Notes: generated by a model not told the origin, from the sequence alone. Shown: positions 10,548 through 22,219, counted from the first letter of the stretch. The stretch: 64,000 nucleotides of DNA from an uncultured delta proteobacterium (GCA_963745035.1 CAVUVW010000012.1:1-64000), one strand, 5' to 3'. Numbers and translations are program-made.

Positions 10548-11378
10548 TCAGGGCTCAGCGTTAATCGTTGGCATTAGCTGTGTGACAAGGGTCACCAGGT
10601 GATCGAACAGCTCCTCGTCGCGGTGTTCATAGCGAAACGCCAGCTCGGTCAAAAAATAATACAGGTCCTGGTCCGAGCTGCGATGAAACCTGCTAAGCCG
10701 CGACCGGGCAAAGCCCCAAAAGCCACTCAGACCGTCGAGGCTGGACTTGCCTTTAGGCAGGCTTCTTGACGCTGCCGCCGGCAGTCGAACGCGCCACAGA
10801 AGGAGACCGTCATACTCGCCGTAAGAGCCGGTAAAAACAATCGGCCCCTGCTTGATGAATCTGGGCTGCTCACGCAGCACAGTCTCGACGCTCAGGCCCA
10901 CGACCGGAGAAACCTGAATCTTTCCTCCTCGTTCGACGAAACCGAACATGCGGCCCGCTTCGTCCGGCGAGCCTCCCTCAAGCGGCGGCGTGGTGCCCGC
11001 GCCGGTCGTCGCCGATCCCTGCTCGCCGCTCGCCTGCGCGATGGCGCGCCGGATCAAATAGATCGCCTTGAGCGCGGTCGGATAACTGATGCCGACTTCT
11101 TTAGCGAGCTGCGCCGGCGGAATTTCGAGCTCGAACAGCTTGACGATCCAGAGCCATTGCCGCGCCGTCAGATTTAACTCGCCGATCCAGCGCCGCGTGA
11201 AATCATGAAACGTGTAGCCACAGCGCGCGCAGCGATAACGTTTGTCCGCCAGGCGATAAATTTTCGAGCTTTCGCACCGCACGCAAAAGCGCCGATTCTG
11301 CCGCCAGGCTTCGTTGACCAGGTGGAGATGCGCGCGTCTCTCACTCCGGAATAAAGATTCCAGGGACTTTAGTGGCAT
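10548..11378 (-). CDS. IS1595/ISXO2-like transposase homolog with degenerate catalytic triad (putative domesticated DNA-binding protein)
   Basis: Zn ribbon CVRC-x14-CARC, HTH (LAKEVGISYPTALKA), FGFVERGGKI, FWGFARSRL.RFH and YLxExxFRY-like YFLTELAFRYEHRD. Acidic catalytic motifs are absent. RBS AGAGGA upstream. No terminal inverted repeats seen. Confidence 0.75.
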   Translation of the reverse strand: MPLKSLESLFRSERRAHLHLVNEAWRQNRRFCVRCESSKIYRLADKRYRCARCGYTFHDFTRRWIGELNLTARQWLWIVKLFELEIPPAQLAKEVGISYPTALKAIYLIRRAIAQASGEQGSATTGAGTTPPLEGGSPDEAGRMFGFVERGGKIQVSPVVGLSVETVLREQPRFIKQGPIVFTGSYGEYDGLLLWRVRLPAAASRSLPKGKSSLDGLSGFWGFARSRLSRFHRSSDQDLYYFLTELAFRYEHRDEELFDHLVTLVTQLMPTINAEP

Positions 11379-11630
11379 CGGTCCTCTTACTGCCAGGACC
11401 TTAATATCGTGCCTACCGTGTCGTAACTGGTCGGCCGCTCCGGCGCGTCATTGTGCACGCGCTACGCTTCGCCGACGGCAACCGACTGCGTTGGATTGCC
11501 GGTTCATCACCAAGTCCTCAAACGATGTCGCGTTAGAACATTGTCCAAGAGAATTGGCTTGTGTCCGTCTTTGTTCGGCAGCTTTGGGGAATCTACAAGA
11601 AAGCACGGAAAAAAAGAGAGAACCGCCCGC

Positions 11631-11646
11631 TGGCATTTGAATTGCT
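11631..11646 (+). promoter_or_regulatory. sigma54 -24/-12 promoter upstream of the riboswitch
   Basis: TGGCAT-TTGAA-TTGCT matches TGGCAY-N5-TTGCW. Confidence 0.8.
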
Positions 11647-11679
11647 CCCCCACGCACCGACATCGAAATAGAAATCGGG

Positions 11680-11775
11680 AGCCTGTTAAGGGCAAACCAT
11701 CCGAAAGGATGGGACGCAAAGCCACTGGCCTAAGTTCCGAGAAACGTCGGAATACGGCAGCAGGGTTGCCTGGCG
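11680..11775 (+). promoter_or_regulatory. c-di-GMP-I (GEMM-I) riboswitch
   Basis: AAGGGCAAA-CCATCC-GAAA-GGATGG-GACGCAAAGCCACTGG-CCTAAG-ttccga/tcggaa-TACGG-CAGCAGGGTTGCC. GNRA tetraloop, 11-nt-receptor-like CCTAAG/TACGG, and G20/A47/C92-equivalent residues as in the Vc2 aptamer. Confidence 0.93.
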
Positions 11776-11781
11776 AAATCA

Positions 11782-11836
11782 GTACCTTCTTGGTTCTGGA
11801 ATCGCGCCTTCCAGATCCCACTAACCAAAGAGGTAC
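11782..11836 (+). promoter_or_regulatory. Putative expression platform: RBS-sequestering stem
   Basis: GTACCT-TC-TTGGTT (11782-11795) pairs with AACCAA-AG-AGGTAC (11823-11836), burying AGAGG just before the ATG at 11839. Internal hairpin CTGGAA/TTCCAG. Confidence 0.7.
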
Positions 11837-11838
11837 AA

Positions 11839-13242
11839 ATGCATTTTTGTCGGTTTCCTTCTCGCGCGCTCATTCAGTCAGCCGTTTTCCTGGCGCTCCT
11901 TTTAGTTTTCATGCCGAATGCTTCGCATGCGGCATCTGCTTGTACGCACTACGCCTCTCCTACCGGCACCGGAAATGGCTCATCTGTGTCACAGCCTTTC
12001 AAGATTGCTAATTTCTGGCCTTTGGCCAAGCCGGGCGACACGCTCTGTCTATTGGACGGGCATATACCGGCTCGGTTCGATGATTACATCCGCCCGACGG
12101 GCTTAAGCGGCACCGCCTCGCGCCGATCACCATTGCGGCTATAAACGATGGCAAAGTTCGCATCAACGGTCGAGAGGCATACGCAAGCCGGTCGCTTCTT
12201 AGTAACAACGACTGGTGGATTCTCGAAGGTTTTAACGCGAGCGATTCAACATATTTCGGTCGTTAGTCATCGGCGGCGGTGCGGACAATAATATCATCCG
12301 GCGCGTCTGCGCATGGAACGCCGACCGACAACCAAAAATGAAAGGGTATTCGGAATAACCGGAAGTGGACCCACAACACCCTTGAAGACGTCGTGTGGCT
12401 TTGGTACGGGCAGAAAAATTTTCGCGATCTCTCAAGGTGGAAACTAACACTACCATCCGGCGCCCTGGGGCAATGTTCGAGAAAGACTACTAAGCCTAAC
12501 CGGCCTGAAGATGCCTATACAGTTTGCCTATAACAGCGACTGGCCAACATGCTCGAAAACGTCATTGGCACCTGGAAGCAGACCAGCCGAGACAATCTTA
12601 ACGTCCGGTTCAGGCAATCCGTGGATCGGCAAATGAAGGCACCAACACAAAGTTTCGGGTTCGATAGCGTATATCTGCGGATGCCGGCGACTATCGTACG
12701 CGCTTCCCGGTTGATTGGCACAGAATGGTCGCACGTACCTCACGGTACTAATCGCGATCTACAAGATGTCGTTTCTTACAGCGAAGCAGCTCGACCACAA
12801 CACTGGTCTCTTGCAACGCGGCAGCCGTGCACAAATTGCTACCTCACCAACAACACGCAGATCGGCGGTACGCTCATCCAGTATCGGTCAGCTCTGGACA
12901 ATACCTGAATCGCATAGATATTACGCCAGTTCCGCATCTGCGGCCATAATACAGCTGGAACGGAAGTCAGTAACTCGAAGGCACGGCGCACGCATGTGCT
13001 TAAACGCTATGAAAACGGCGTGCTCACAATCAACCAGCTGTGGCCCTGGCCGATGGACCAACGTATCCGCGCGGCTCTTGATCTCGCGGGCAAAAACCCC
13101 GATGCGATCTTCGGCGGCGCGGGCAAGACCCTAACCAGATCTGATGGAAAGTATCTTTGGTACGATTCCGAGTAGCTGCAAAACCTCCACCTCTGTCGTC
13201 AACGTGCCAAGCATCCCGACTGCCGCCTCGAACTTGGAGTGA
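11839..13242 (+). CDS. Secreted right-handed beta-helix-like protein 1 (multiple frameshifts)
   Basis: Signal peptide, then ACTHYASPTGTGNGSSVSQPFKIANFWPLAKPGDTLCLLDG. Fragments NNIIRRVCAWNA, QGGN, ENVIGTW, QLWPWPMDQRIRAA, IPSSCKTS...PTAASNLE. Confidence 0.65.
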
Positions 13243-13543
13243 GCTACTGACGAGAAGCGAATCTTGATCAGGCGAACCGCAGCGCTGTACGGCGCTGCGG
13301 TTCGCGTTATCATTCGATCCCGTTTCAGAACATTCGCTAGGCAGCATTCTATCTTTGATGCCCGAATGGGTTTCGACGACCTGCCCAGATCAAGCAAAAT
13401 TCCGCGAAACCTCCTGTGCAACAGAACTGCGTAACCCATGAATATCGTCTTCCTCTTAGCAGAACTATCTGTGCAATCGAATAACGATCGAATTGCGTCA
13501 CGCGGGTAGCAACAAATGCGGTTGTGATGTAATTAGTAAAAGC

Positions 13544-14918
13544 ATGAGAGCACAACTCCTTTCCGCGTTCTCTTTTGTGATTTTAGGCTTGGCTTGGACT
13601 TTCGCGAATCCAAGCTCCTCAGGCGCCGACTCGACCTGCACTCATTATGCTTCTCCTGCAGGCACGGGCAGCGGCGTCTCCGCTTCGCAACCTTTCAAAA
13701 TCGCCGATTTCTGGCCGCGCGCCAAACCCGGCTACACGCTCTGTCTTTTGGACGGAAAATACACGGGCTCGGATTCCATGATCAATCCGCCTCAGAATCT
13801 CAGCGGCGCGGCCAGCATGCCCATAACAGTCAGAGCATTGAACGATGGTAAGGCTTCGATTGATGGAAGGTCTGTTAACGAACCGGTCCGTCTCCGGCAC
13901 AACGATTATTTCGTACTTGAAGGTTTCAACGCACATCATAGTAAAAGTACCGTTATCCAGCTAGAGCCGCTCTAACCATAACATTATAAGAAGAGTCGCC
14001 GCTTGGGACGCCGCCGATAACAACACCCACATCTTTGGTATTCACGGGGGAACTCACAATCTTCTTGAAGACGTGGCCGGATGGGGAGTTGGCGCGGAAA
14101 ATATTTTCCGCCTCTCAAGGTGGAAACTACACCACCATCCGCCGCGCCTGGGGCCGATGGGAAGGCTCTCACGTCGTCGGTCCAAAGATGACTTACACGC
14201 TTGCCTATAACAATTACAACATGACATGCGAAAACTGCATCGGTACCTGGAGTGGCGAACGGATGAAACAAACTTATGTCCTTCTTGATTACTATGGGAA
14301 ACCATGGACCGGCAGAGGAGCTGGGACCTACACCGACTACGCCGTAGATCAACCTTACGGCATCTTCGGCATAGATGCCTTAACAGGCGATAAAAATGCT
14401 CGTACTAAACTTTTGGGCAGCATCGCCTATGTGCGCGGCGGTGATCGCTTTGCTCCCTCACAAGCTATCTTTGTGACGAAAGTCGATTCCGTCGAGGTGG
14501 CAGATACAGTTGTCTATCATTGAACCCGGCACAAACCCCACTACACAACGATTTTCCCTCAATAACCTGGCAAGCGGCACAGGAATTAACCTGATTGCTA
14601 GAAAACTCACCGGCATTGGAGGTGCCAATTCTCAGTACGGCTCTAATTGGAAAAAGAATTCTGTTTCCGAAGGCCCTACTCCGGATTCGGTCGACAACGT
14701 ATTTACTTCTTCGCACGGGGCGACTCTCTGTCATCGCTACATAGATGGAGCTTGACCGACACTCCCCTTTGGCCGTGGCCCATGAATCAGAGAATCAAGG
14801 ATGCCATGATCGAATCGGGCCGCAGCGCCGTGGACGTTACCGCTACGGTCGAAGAGATGTTGGACCCATACCCGGCTCGTGTAAAACGTCCGGTGGCAAT
14901 GCAGCTAAGTCCCGGTGA
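13544..14918 (+). CDS. Secreted right-handed beta-helix-like protein 2 (frameshifted), paralog of protein 1
   Basis: Signal peptide, then TCTHYASPAGTGSGVSASQPFKIADFWPRAKPGYTLCLLDGKY...NIIRRVAAWDA...RKIFSASQGGNYTTIRR...ENCIGTW...LWPWPMNQRIKDAM...IPGSCKTS. Confidence 0.7.
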
Positions 14919-15029
14919 TTCGTATGAAATCACTCGATTCGCTCTGCTCCCGTGCGAGAGAATTTTGGGCTTGATCTTCAATCAACGACTGGCTCGCTTC
15001 CTGAACGCGCCGGTTGGACACTCGTCCTA

Positions 15030-16719
15030 TTATTTTGATGCCTCGACATATGTCTCAAAAAACTTTGCCAGTGTGTGCATTTTGAAAACGGATTTGCGGG
15101 CAAGTCTGTTTTCTGAAAGCGCTTTCCGAAAATGCTTTACATCGAAAATCGGACAGTTGCTAATCCTATTAACGTACTCTTTTACCCTTTCATTTCCGCT
15201 ATTAAATTGGTTTTGTTTGACGCGCGATCTTAAGCCTTGGATGCAATCTCGAAATCCACGCGCCGTGCGCAACACAATGGGCAATCGCGCTTCCCATTTC
15301 AGCGGAATAGGAAAACCACTCGCCGGGTACTCACCAAATTCCTTGAAGCGGTAATAACCTGCGTAACAGTGCGCTCTTTGGCTCGTCAGATGCTCAATGG
15401 GTGCGCGGAAATAGGCGTCCAGTACTGCATTATCCAAATAAGGCAAGATTAGCTGAGTATACTGCAAAGCGGGAACCATAGCGTTACGGATCCTCTTCCG
15501 GTTTCTATTAGCTGTTCTCTGCCAAATTACCGTGTCTGAAAAAGTTGAGCATGCCTTCTCGGAATCGAAACTAGCATTCCACTCAGCCTTCGCTCTTTCC
15601 GTGCGGTCATAGGATGCGTCGATCAGCAAAGTCTGAGCCTCTTCAAAGCTCAATTGCTCCATTTGACCTTTCAACTCATAGCTTGCCAGAGCTACAATAT
15701 CGTCGAACTGCTCAGGTTCCGGAATTGTCAACCCTCCACTAATCGGTCCTCCCGCGAAACCCAATAATAGATACTCGATTTCGTGCTCGGCACATGTCTT
15801 TGCGAGTACAGCAAAACCCCAATCATCCATTGAATGGCCATCCGAGTAGACAAAGACGTTCTCTTTAATCTCCTGCATGTCCGTGGCTGGAAAAGATTTC
15901 TCCAATAATGAAACGTCCGTCAGTAAACACAAACGTTGCACCACATGATCATTGAAGTTATTTTCACGCCATCGAAATGCCTGAAAAGAAAGCTGCTGCG
16001 ACGCCAACGCTGATAGAATCAGCCTCGAGTCGTGACCGCCCGTCAATCCAAGAGCCAGGGTTTTTCCACGAGTTCTCTTCTGAATACGACTGGCGAACTC
16101 CTCCATGGAAGTGACAATCGATGTCACTGTCTCTTTCAACTCCAATCCCGTCGCCCGCGCCGGCACTTTCCAGTAGCGCGCCGATGTGTTTGCACCAGCC
16201 TTATATGTATTAATCAGTGCACGGCAGTTGTATACTGACGTTCCGCAGCAGCGTTCGCTCTCCAATCGGAAACCCAATTGTCAAAAATTGAAATGCCGCG
16301 TCATCATCGAGCTTCAGCACCTTCAGCCGTTTGAACGCAGATAGGTTTGACGAGACAACGAGATCCTGATCACAGGACCAATACAAAGCCCGAACACCCA
16401 ATCGATCCACGAACGTCGCCAATGTTGACGATTGCCGGTGGAAAAGAAATCCCGAGAAACATCCATTGAGCGCGGCAATGGCGAGCTCTTTTTCACTCTT
16501 ATAATTTTGGACCAATAAGTCCGCCAGCTTAGGATCATCACCGTGTAACGGCTCATGGCCGCAATAATCTTCGTAGAACACTCCCTCAACGAAGCACAGA
16601 TAATCGTCGCCCTCATGAAAGGACCATGAAGTTAGCGGCAAAGGAGCTTCAGGTTTCCACACCCCAAAAGCAATCCCATCGCTGGCCCATATCATCTTGT
16701 TTGTTGCCAAAATCGCCAC
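15030..16719 (-). CDS. Asparagine-synthetase-like protein lacking N-terminal Cys (frameshifted near 16240)
   Basis: Degenerate Ntn domain (ALNGCFSG...DRLGVRALYW...GERTLLRNV) plus ATPase domain LGLTGGHDSRLIL, LLGFAGG, LPYLDN. Confidence 0.7.
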
Positions 16720-16895
16720 TGAATCCGTCCAACCCGTTGTTAAGTACTCGCCGCTGCTCCTGCATAGGACTGTTGCCCGTGACTAGCATCCATCCCAGCA
16801 AGTGATTTCGCCTCATCATGATTAGCTCTGGCTTTGGCCGGCTACTCTGGAAGTGCGTGATCGTCTTCGCAAACTGCCGCCGCAACATCAATCAA

Positions 16896-18498
16896 CTAGC
16901 TGCTAATTCTTTGCCCGCCACATTGCTGCCTGGCATTCCGAATAGCCATGTTCTTTTCGAGACACTCGGCTGTCTTTCTGCGGAGGAGATCCACCGACCA
17001 GAAAAATAGCATGCGGGAAACATCAACGCTTTTACCCAAGCGATAGCTTTTCGTCTTTAAATCAGTGGAGCTCGTTGGCGAAACCGACAAAGTCTTGAAT
17101 CGGAGAAAATATTGGGCGTACGAAAACACCCGACAGACGAGATAAATTGTTTTGTTGAGAAGCCTGTGCGCATTGATCACACCAAGAGGCATATGAGCAT
17201 GTTGCCGCACAAAATCCCGAAACTCCTTTCGGAGAACAGCGTTGCTCGGGTAAGGTGGAGATTGAGTCACCATTTTCTTACGCATCCCAAACAGCTCACG
17301 AGGGATGCCGGCGGACTCCGCTATGCGACGGGGAATGGGCCGATCATACGAAGTATTTAATCTCCACGGCGCCATTTCACTAGAACGAGAAATTCTATGA
17401 ATGCTTTCAACGCTTCTCGCATGGATAAATGGAACGGGAAGATTGATGAAACCGCTCTTTAAGCGCACTTCCGTAAGCCTTAGGCCGGAGACGTCACCGC
17501 GTATGATTTCATCGTTTATGTACTTCGAAGGCAAATTGAGATCCCAGACTTTGTCACCATGGTAGCCCGTAAACACCACCGCCGCAGAGCAATTTCGTTC
17601 GATGTGCGACGCCATCATATGAAAAACAGTCTCGGCGTGCGTCGGATCTACGGCATAGAAGTACGGTTCAGTCTCCGCGCTGCGCTATCGCGCGATGATG
17701 AAGATCGATTGCTTCTAATTTCAATGTCTGAGCAATAGGACGTCCATCATCGAGCGCAAACGACTCGCTGACCCAACTCGGAACAGGTGAACTCGATCTC
17801 GGGCTGACGAAGGATTTTTGTACGCCGATATCCTTGACTAAAGTCGACACGGCGGTGGAGTCATATCCCGAAGACAAAGTCGTAAAAGCCTCCAATCCAA
17901 TCCTTCGGGCGGGGCTTTCGCAATTCGCTCTGATCCGTTTAAGAGTTTCGCGAAGGAGGCCGTAGTACTCGGTGAAAGAACCGATGCTGTGGGCCTTGGT
18001 TCGGGCCTCAAAAAGGATGTTGCCGTTTTTTACAACAATATTTTCGTGAAAGACCTGAAAGAATTCTCGTATTGTTGGGTGTACGACTGGGTAGCCTTTA
18101 TGATAGCGCCGTATGCCCTTCAGAATGCTATTGGCCTCTGTCGAATAGTTATGCGTATTGTCCAATGTCGCACCGGTAAACGCCAATAAAAGGATCAAGC
18201 TGTTGGACACCAACATTCGGCCATCGTCGATGCAGTAAAGCAGTCGATCCACCAATGCTGAAGAAGGAACGAAATAGACGCTGCCGCTTTCAACTCGCAA
18301 ACCGCTGCCGAAAAAGTTTTCACTCCGATGAAAATCGCCACAACCAAAGTCGCCGTCCCATACACCCTCAACGATCCAATTGTCCCGGTATTCAACTGCA
18401 GTGCCGTGAAAGACCGTCAACTTATGGGCAGCGAAGTCCAAGAGCGCTAACCAAGCAAGCTTGGGCAAATCAGATATGGGTTGGCGGTTTATCTGCAT
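16896..18498 (-). CDS. N-type ATP pyrophosphatase/AsnB-like protein (frameshifted near 17660); paralog of 1811-3385
   Basis: LPKLAWLA...VEGVWDG...FFGSG...TLSSGYDSTAV...FTGYHGDKVW...RGDVSG..L.EVRL...DRPIPRRIAE. Confidence 0.7.
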
Positions 18499-18636
18499 GC
18501 ATTAAACTCTGCAAATAGCTGTGCTTTATTGGCAGCGAACGGTTTTCATTGGTGATGAGTGACAACTCTGTGCTTTTCGATTGGTTAACGTCACCGGCGA
18601 AAGTCCGAGTCAATTGTTGTGGATCTTACCGACCAG

Positions 18637-19587
18637 TCACTCGACTCGGTGGGAGGCGCGCGAAAACAGTCTCAACCCGATCCGGGACACGGGTTTAACC
18701 GCGCGTGCCGGATGTGTTGCAATATCGCGGTACCCCATGAGCTTAACATCGCCACTAGCAAGTCCCTGTCGGAATCGAGGGTCAAGTAGAACCTGGAGCT
18801 CCCGAGTTCTCGGTTCGATATAGCTCGACCAGCGCTTCAAATCACCGTCTATGTATCCCGGGTGGGCGACGAATTCATTGATGCCCCGCGGCAGATGTTT
18901 CAGCATTGCTAAATAATTTTCAACGCTAATGCGATCGGGGCGGCTAGTCATGTGAGTAATCTCCACGCGCCGATCGGGCATAGTGAGTCGACGGTGCAGA
19001 GCTTTCGCTCGCAATAGATAATTCCAAGCGAACTTCGGGAGCCGGCTGGGCTTTCCGATAAGATGCATCAGATGCCGGAATCTTGGAATGCGGCTTTCCA
19101 TTCCGACTTCATAGACGTGGGTCCGAATTCTGCCGGCGCCGAGCTTTTCGGCGATTTGCAAAAATAACCCGTAGAGCCGCGGCAACCGATGGTAACCCAT
19201 GTGAAAATCCACGTGAGAAAAAGTTGGTCCCGCTAGATCGCGCGCCTTTTCTACCTGCGCGGTCATTTCGGCGCCAAGCTCGTCGAGCCGAATACGCTTT
19301 GCCATGAACTGGCGGATAAAATCCTCATAAAGAAACTCGCCGCTGTCATTCAGCAAAGTAGCGACTTTATGCGCGGGCAATACCGGCTTGCCGACCACCG
19401 GGTTGATGTGACAGCCGACGGACAGCTCAGGATGCTTCTTCACAAGCTCTGCAAGCTTATCGGCGTGCTGAAAATTGACGTTGGCTGACAGGCTGCGCAC
19501 GGTGCCAAATTCTATACACTCTTCTATGGCGCGGGTAATTCCGGCGGTGAACCCGTAGCCGTCGGCATTGATGATCAAGCAACGCAT
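18637..19587 (-). CDS. ChbG/HpnK/YdjC-family deacetylase-like protein (atypical NADG motif)
   Basis: LIINADGYG, VGCHIN, SHVDFHMGYH, EFVAHPGY, RTRELQVL. Confidence 0.8.
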   Translation of the reverse strand: MRCLIINADGYGFTAGITRAIEECIEFGTVRSLSANVNFQHADKLAELVKKHPELSVGCHINPVVGKPVLPAHKVATLLNDSGEFLYEDFIRQFMAKRIRLDELGAEMTAQVEKARDLAGPTFSHVDFHMGYHRLPRLYGLFLQIAEKLGAGRIRTHVYEVGMESRIPRFRHLMHLIGKPSRLPKFAWNYLLRAKALHRRLTMPDRRVEITHMTSRPDRISVENYLAMLKHLPRGINEFVAHPGYIDGDLKRWSSYIEPRTRELQVLLDPRFRQGLASGDVKLMGYRDIATHPARAVKPVSRIGLRLFSRASHRVE

Positions 19588-20814
19588 GGTTTCCCCAAGA
19601 GCCGGCGGTAAAGCTCTGCGATTTTTACCGCTTCTTTTTCCCACACCAAGTGTCCGAGTGCAGCCTTCCGAAGCCTGGCTCCCGGATCCGCGCCTTTCTC
19701 AATCATCTCGAGCATCCGAACAACGGCTTGCGCATAATCGCTCGGATTTCCTCCATCGATGACGCGGAGGTCATTCGAACCGACACCGGCCTCTTCCAAA
19801 ACTTTCTTTAGAACCGGCATATAAGAGGTAACTACAGCGCATCCGGCCGCCATGTATTCACAGACCTTGACCGGCACTGCTACCTCCAGATGAGGCCCGA
19901 GCCACGGATGCACGTCCAATCCGATCTTCGCATTGCCTAATATTTGTGGAATTTGCCCGTGGGGAACTTTCCCAATCAATGTGCAGCCGTTCGGGAGCCG
20001 CTGGCGCATGGCTTCTTGAATCTCCGGGGAGACCCCGATGACCAAGCTCCGCGCTGCGGGATGAATACGATGGACCTCCTCAATAACCTCGATCAGGAAA
20101 CCAGCGCGGCGCAGATTCAGGGTGCCTAAATGAACCAGATCAAATTCGCGCTTGTTCGGCTGGATAGTGAGTTTTGCCGCTGCGTCAAAAAATTTCCGCG
20201 AGATGTAATTGTACGCGACGATTTTCTCCTTGTTTGTAAATTTATCGGCAAGTGGCGGAGTGACTCCGACAATTGCATCTGCGAGCAAGGCAAGCCCTTT
20301 TTCCACCGTATCGGTCAGTTTTTTGACCAGCGGTTTGATCCATCCCGGAAGCCAATCCCGAATCAGCATGAGATTCGCAAAATCCTCGTGCACGTCGTAA
20401 ACGAATTTGGCTCGTCGCCACCACAGCTTGGCTACGGGAAGCGTAACAAGCATCTCGGGATCATGAAAATGAACGATGTCGGCGCGAAGATTGCGCGCCG
20501 CCCATAGACAACGCCAGGGCTGGCAAAGAAAGCGCGCGAGCCGGGAAGCCGACTTCGACACTGCTATGATCGGAACGTTTCCGGGCACGCCATGCTCCAG
20601 AGCACCGACAACAGTGACGTTGGCGCCCGAATCTCTTGAGACTCAATGCGTGCTTGCCATAGACCCTGTGATCTGTTGCTTCATGGCCCGAAGTGATCAC
20701 CAGCACTTCGACGCCTAGAAGAGCGGGCTCGACGGAACACTGCGCCTCCAGATGCTTATCTGCGAATTCTGCCGGAGTAGGAAGAGACGCTTCAGCGCTG
20801 AAGGATGTTGTCAT
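19575..20814 (-). CDS. GT4 glycosyltransferase (frameshifted near 20625)
   Basis: ITSGHEATDHRVY, DIVHFHDPE, YDVHEDF, PVKVCEYMAAG. Confidence 0.82.
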
Positions 20815-22219
20815 ATGCAGACCGCATTTGGGAACGCTCGGTAAGACGCACGACCAGAGCCGTCTTGCCCGTGGGCGTCTTTGGGATTTCGGATACTTCT
20901 ACGACCTGCAAGTCCAGGTCGCCGATCCGCTCGATAATATCGTCGTGAACCGCGGCCGCGTCTTTCGGCCGGTATCCATTTCCGGGACGCACCAGGAGAT
21001 AGGCATGGCCCGGCCGGTCTTGAACGATTTGCGCCGAGTGAATCGTCGGGCTCCGCTTTATGGCTGTAGACAGCCGGCCGATTCTCCGCTGGTCCCCGGT
21101 AACAAGGTAGTCGTCGACTCTGCCCTCTATGTTCGCAAGAATGGCTTGAGGGTTGCCGCACTCGCACGTCTGTTCCTCGGCATAGGCACCATAGTCTCCG
21201 AGCCGGTATCGAATGAGAGGCATGACATCGTTGAGAAGTCCCGTAGCCACGAGTTCTCCGATTTCACCCGGCTCGCAAGCCGATCCGTCCGAACGCAAGA
21301 TTTCAACGATGCCGACTGTCGGCAAAACATGCATGCGTCCGTTCGGACATTCCATCGCCATCGCCACCCCTTCCGCTTGGCCATAGTGATCGAAGCATTT
21401 GCATTGAAAAAATTCCTCGATCACGGCGCGCATCTGGGGAAGCAGCGTGTCACCACTGACAATGGCAGCTCGCAAAGGGACGGGCGCAAGCCCTGCTTCC
21501 AAGGCGCTCGTTGCCAGCGCGGCGATTGCGGACCCATAACCGGTTATCCATTTCGATCCATACTCACGGAGCGCTGTGACATACGCCGGAGCGCTGTCCG
21601 GCGGGATACGTGGTAACTCGAAAGATATAACTGCTTCCATCGTCGATTGTAGCGCCAGTAGGGTGGTTGTTTGGCACTGCCTCTGATGATCGGCCGACCG
21701 CCCATCATCGCTCGTGGCATATGCTGCGCGAGACCGGCGACGTTCCTGACCATCGTCTCGGTCACAGCCCACCACTTTGACACCATCGCTTTCGGCCAAT
21801 AGATGGTCAGTGAGGTTCCGGTCGTACCGCTGGTTTTTTCCACCCAAAGCGATTTGGGACAGACTCCTTCGACAAGAAACTGTAACTCGTTTTGACGAAT
21901 GGATTGCTTATCTAAAGTCGGCAACAGGTTGAGTTGGGCTGCCGAGCGGACCGAATGCCAGTTCCAGACCGTGCCAGCGACTTCGATAATATGGAACGCG
22001 AGTCGCCGCCAGCTCAATCAGCAAGCGGAGTTGCTCGTTCTGCCAAGCCTGAGCTTCATCTCGAGACCAACTTCGACAGCGCTGATACCAGCGCCGCCAC
22101 TCCTCATAGCCGTCTCCGTAGTAGATCTTATCGAGGTGACCAGCATAGAAGGTGAGGGCCGCTTCCTGAACAAACACCGGCAGCCGCCAGTAGACCTCCA
22201 TCTTCCAATCGTGGATCAC
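20792..22219 (-). CDS. Phenylacetate-CoA-ligase/CapK-like adenylate-forming enzyme (frameshifted)
   Basis: RVPYYR, LPTLDK, KTSGTTG, DHYGQAE, MPLIRYRLGD and IEGRVDD across three ORF pieces. Confidence 0.82.

Noticed and set aside
10548-11378. Active IS1595 insertion
   Set aside because: Catalytic acidic residues and terminal repeats were not found.
201-18498. Lasso-peptide/RiPP cluster suggested by the AsnB-like genes
   Set aside because: No precursor peptide, PqqD/RRE domain or B2 peptidase was recognised.
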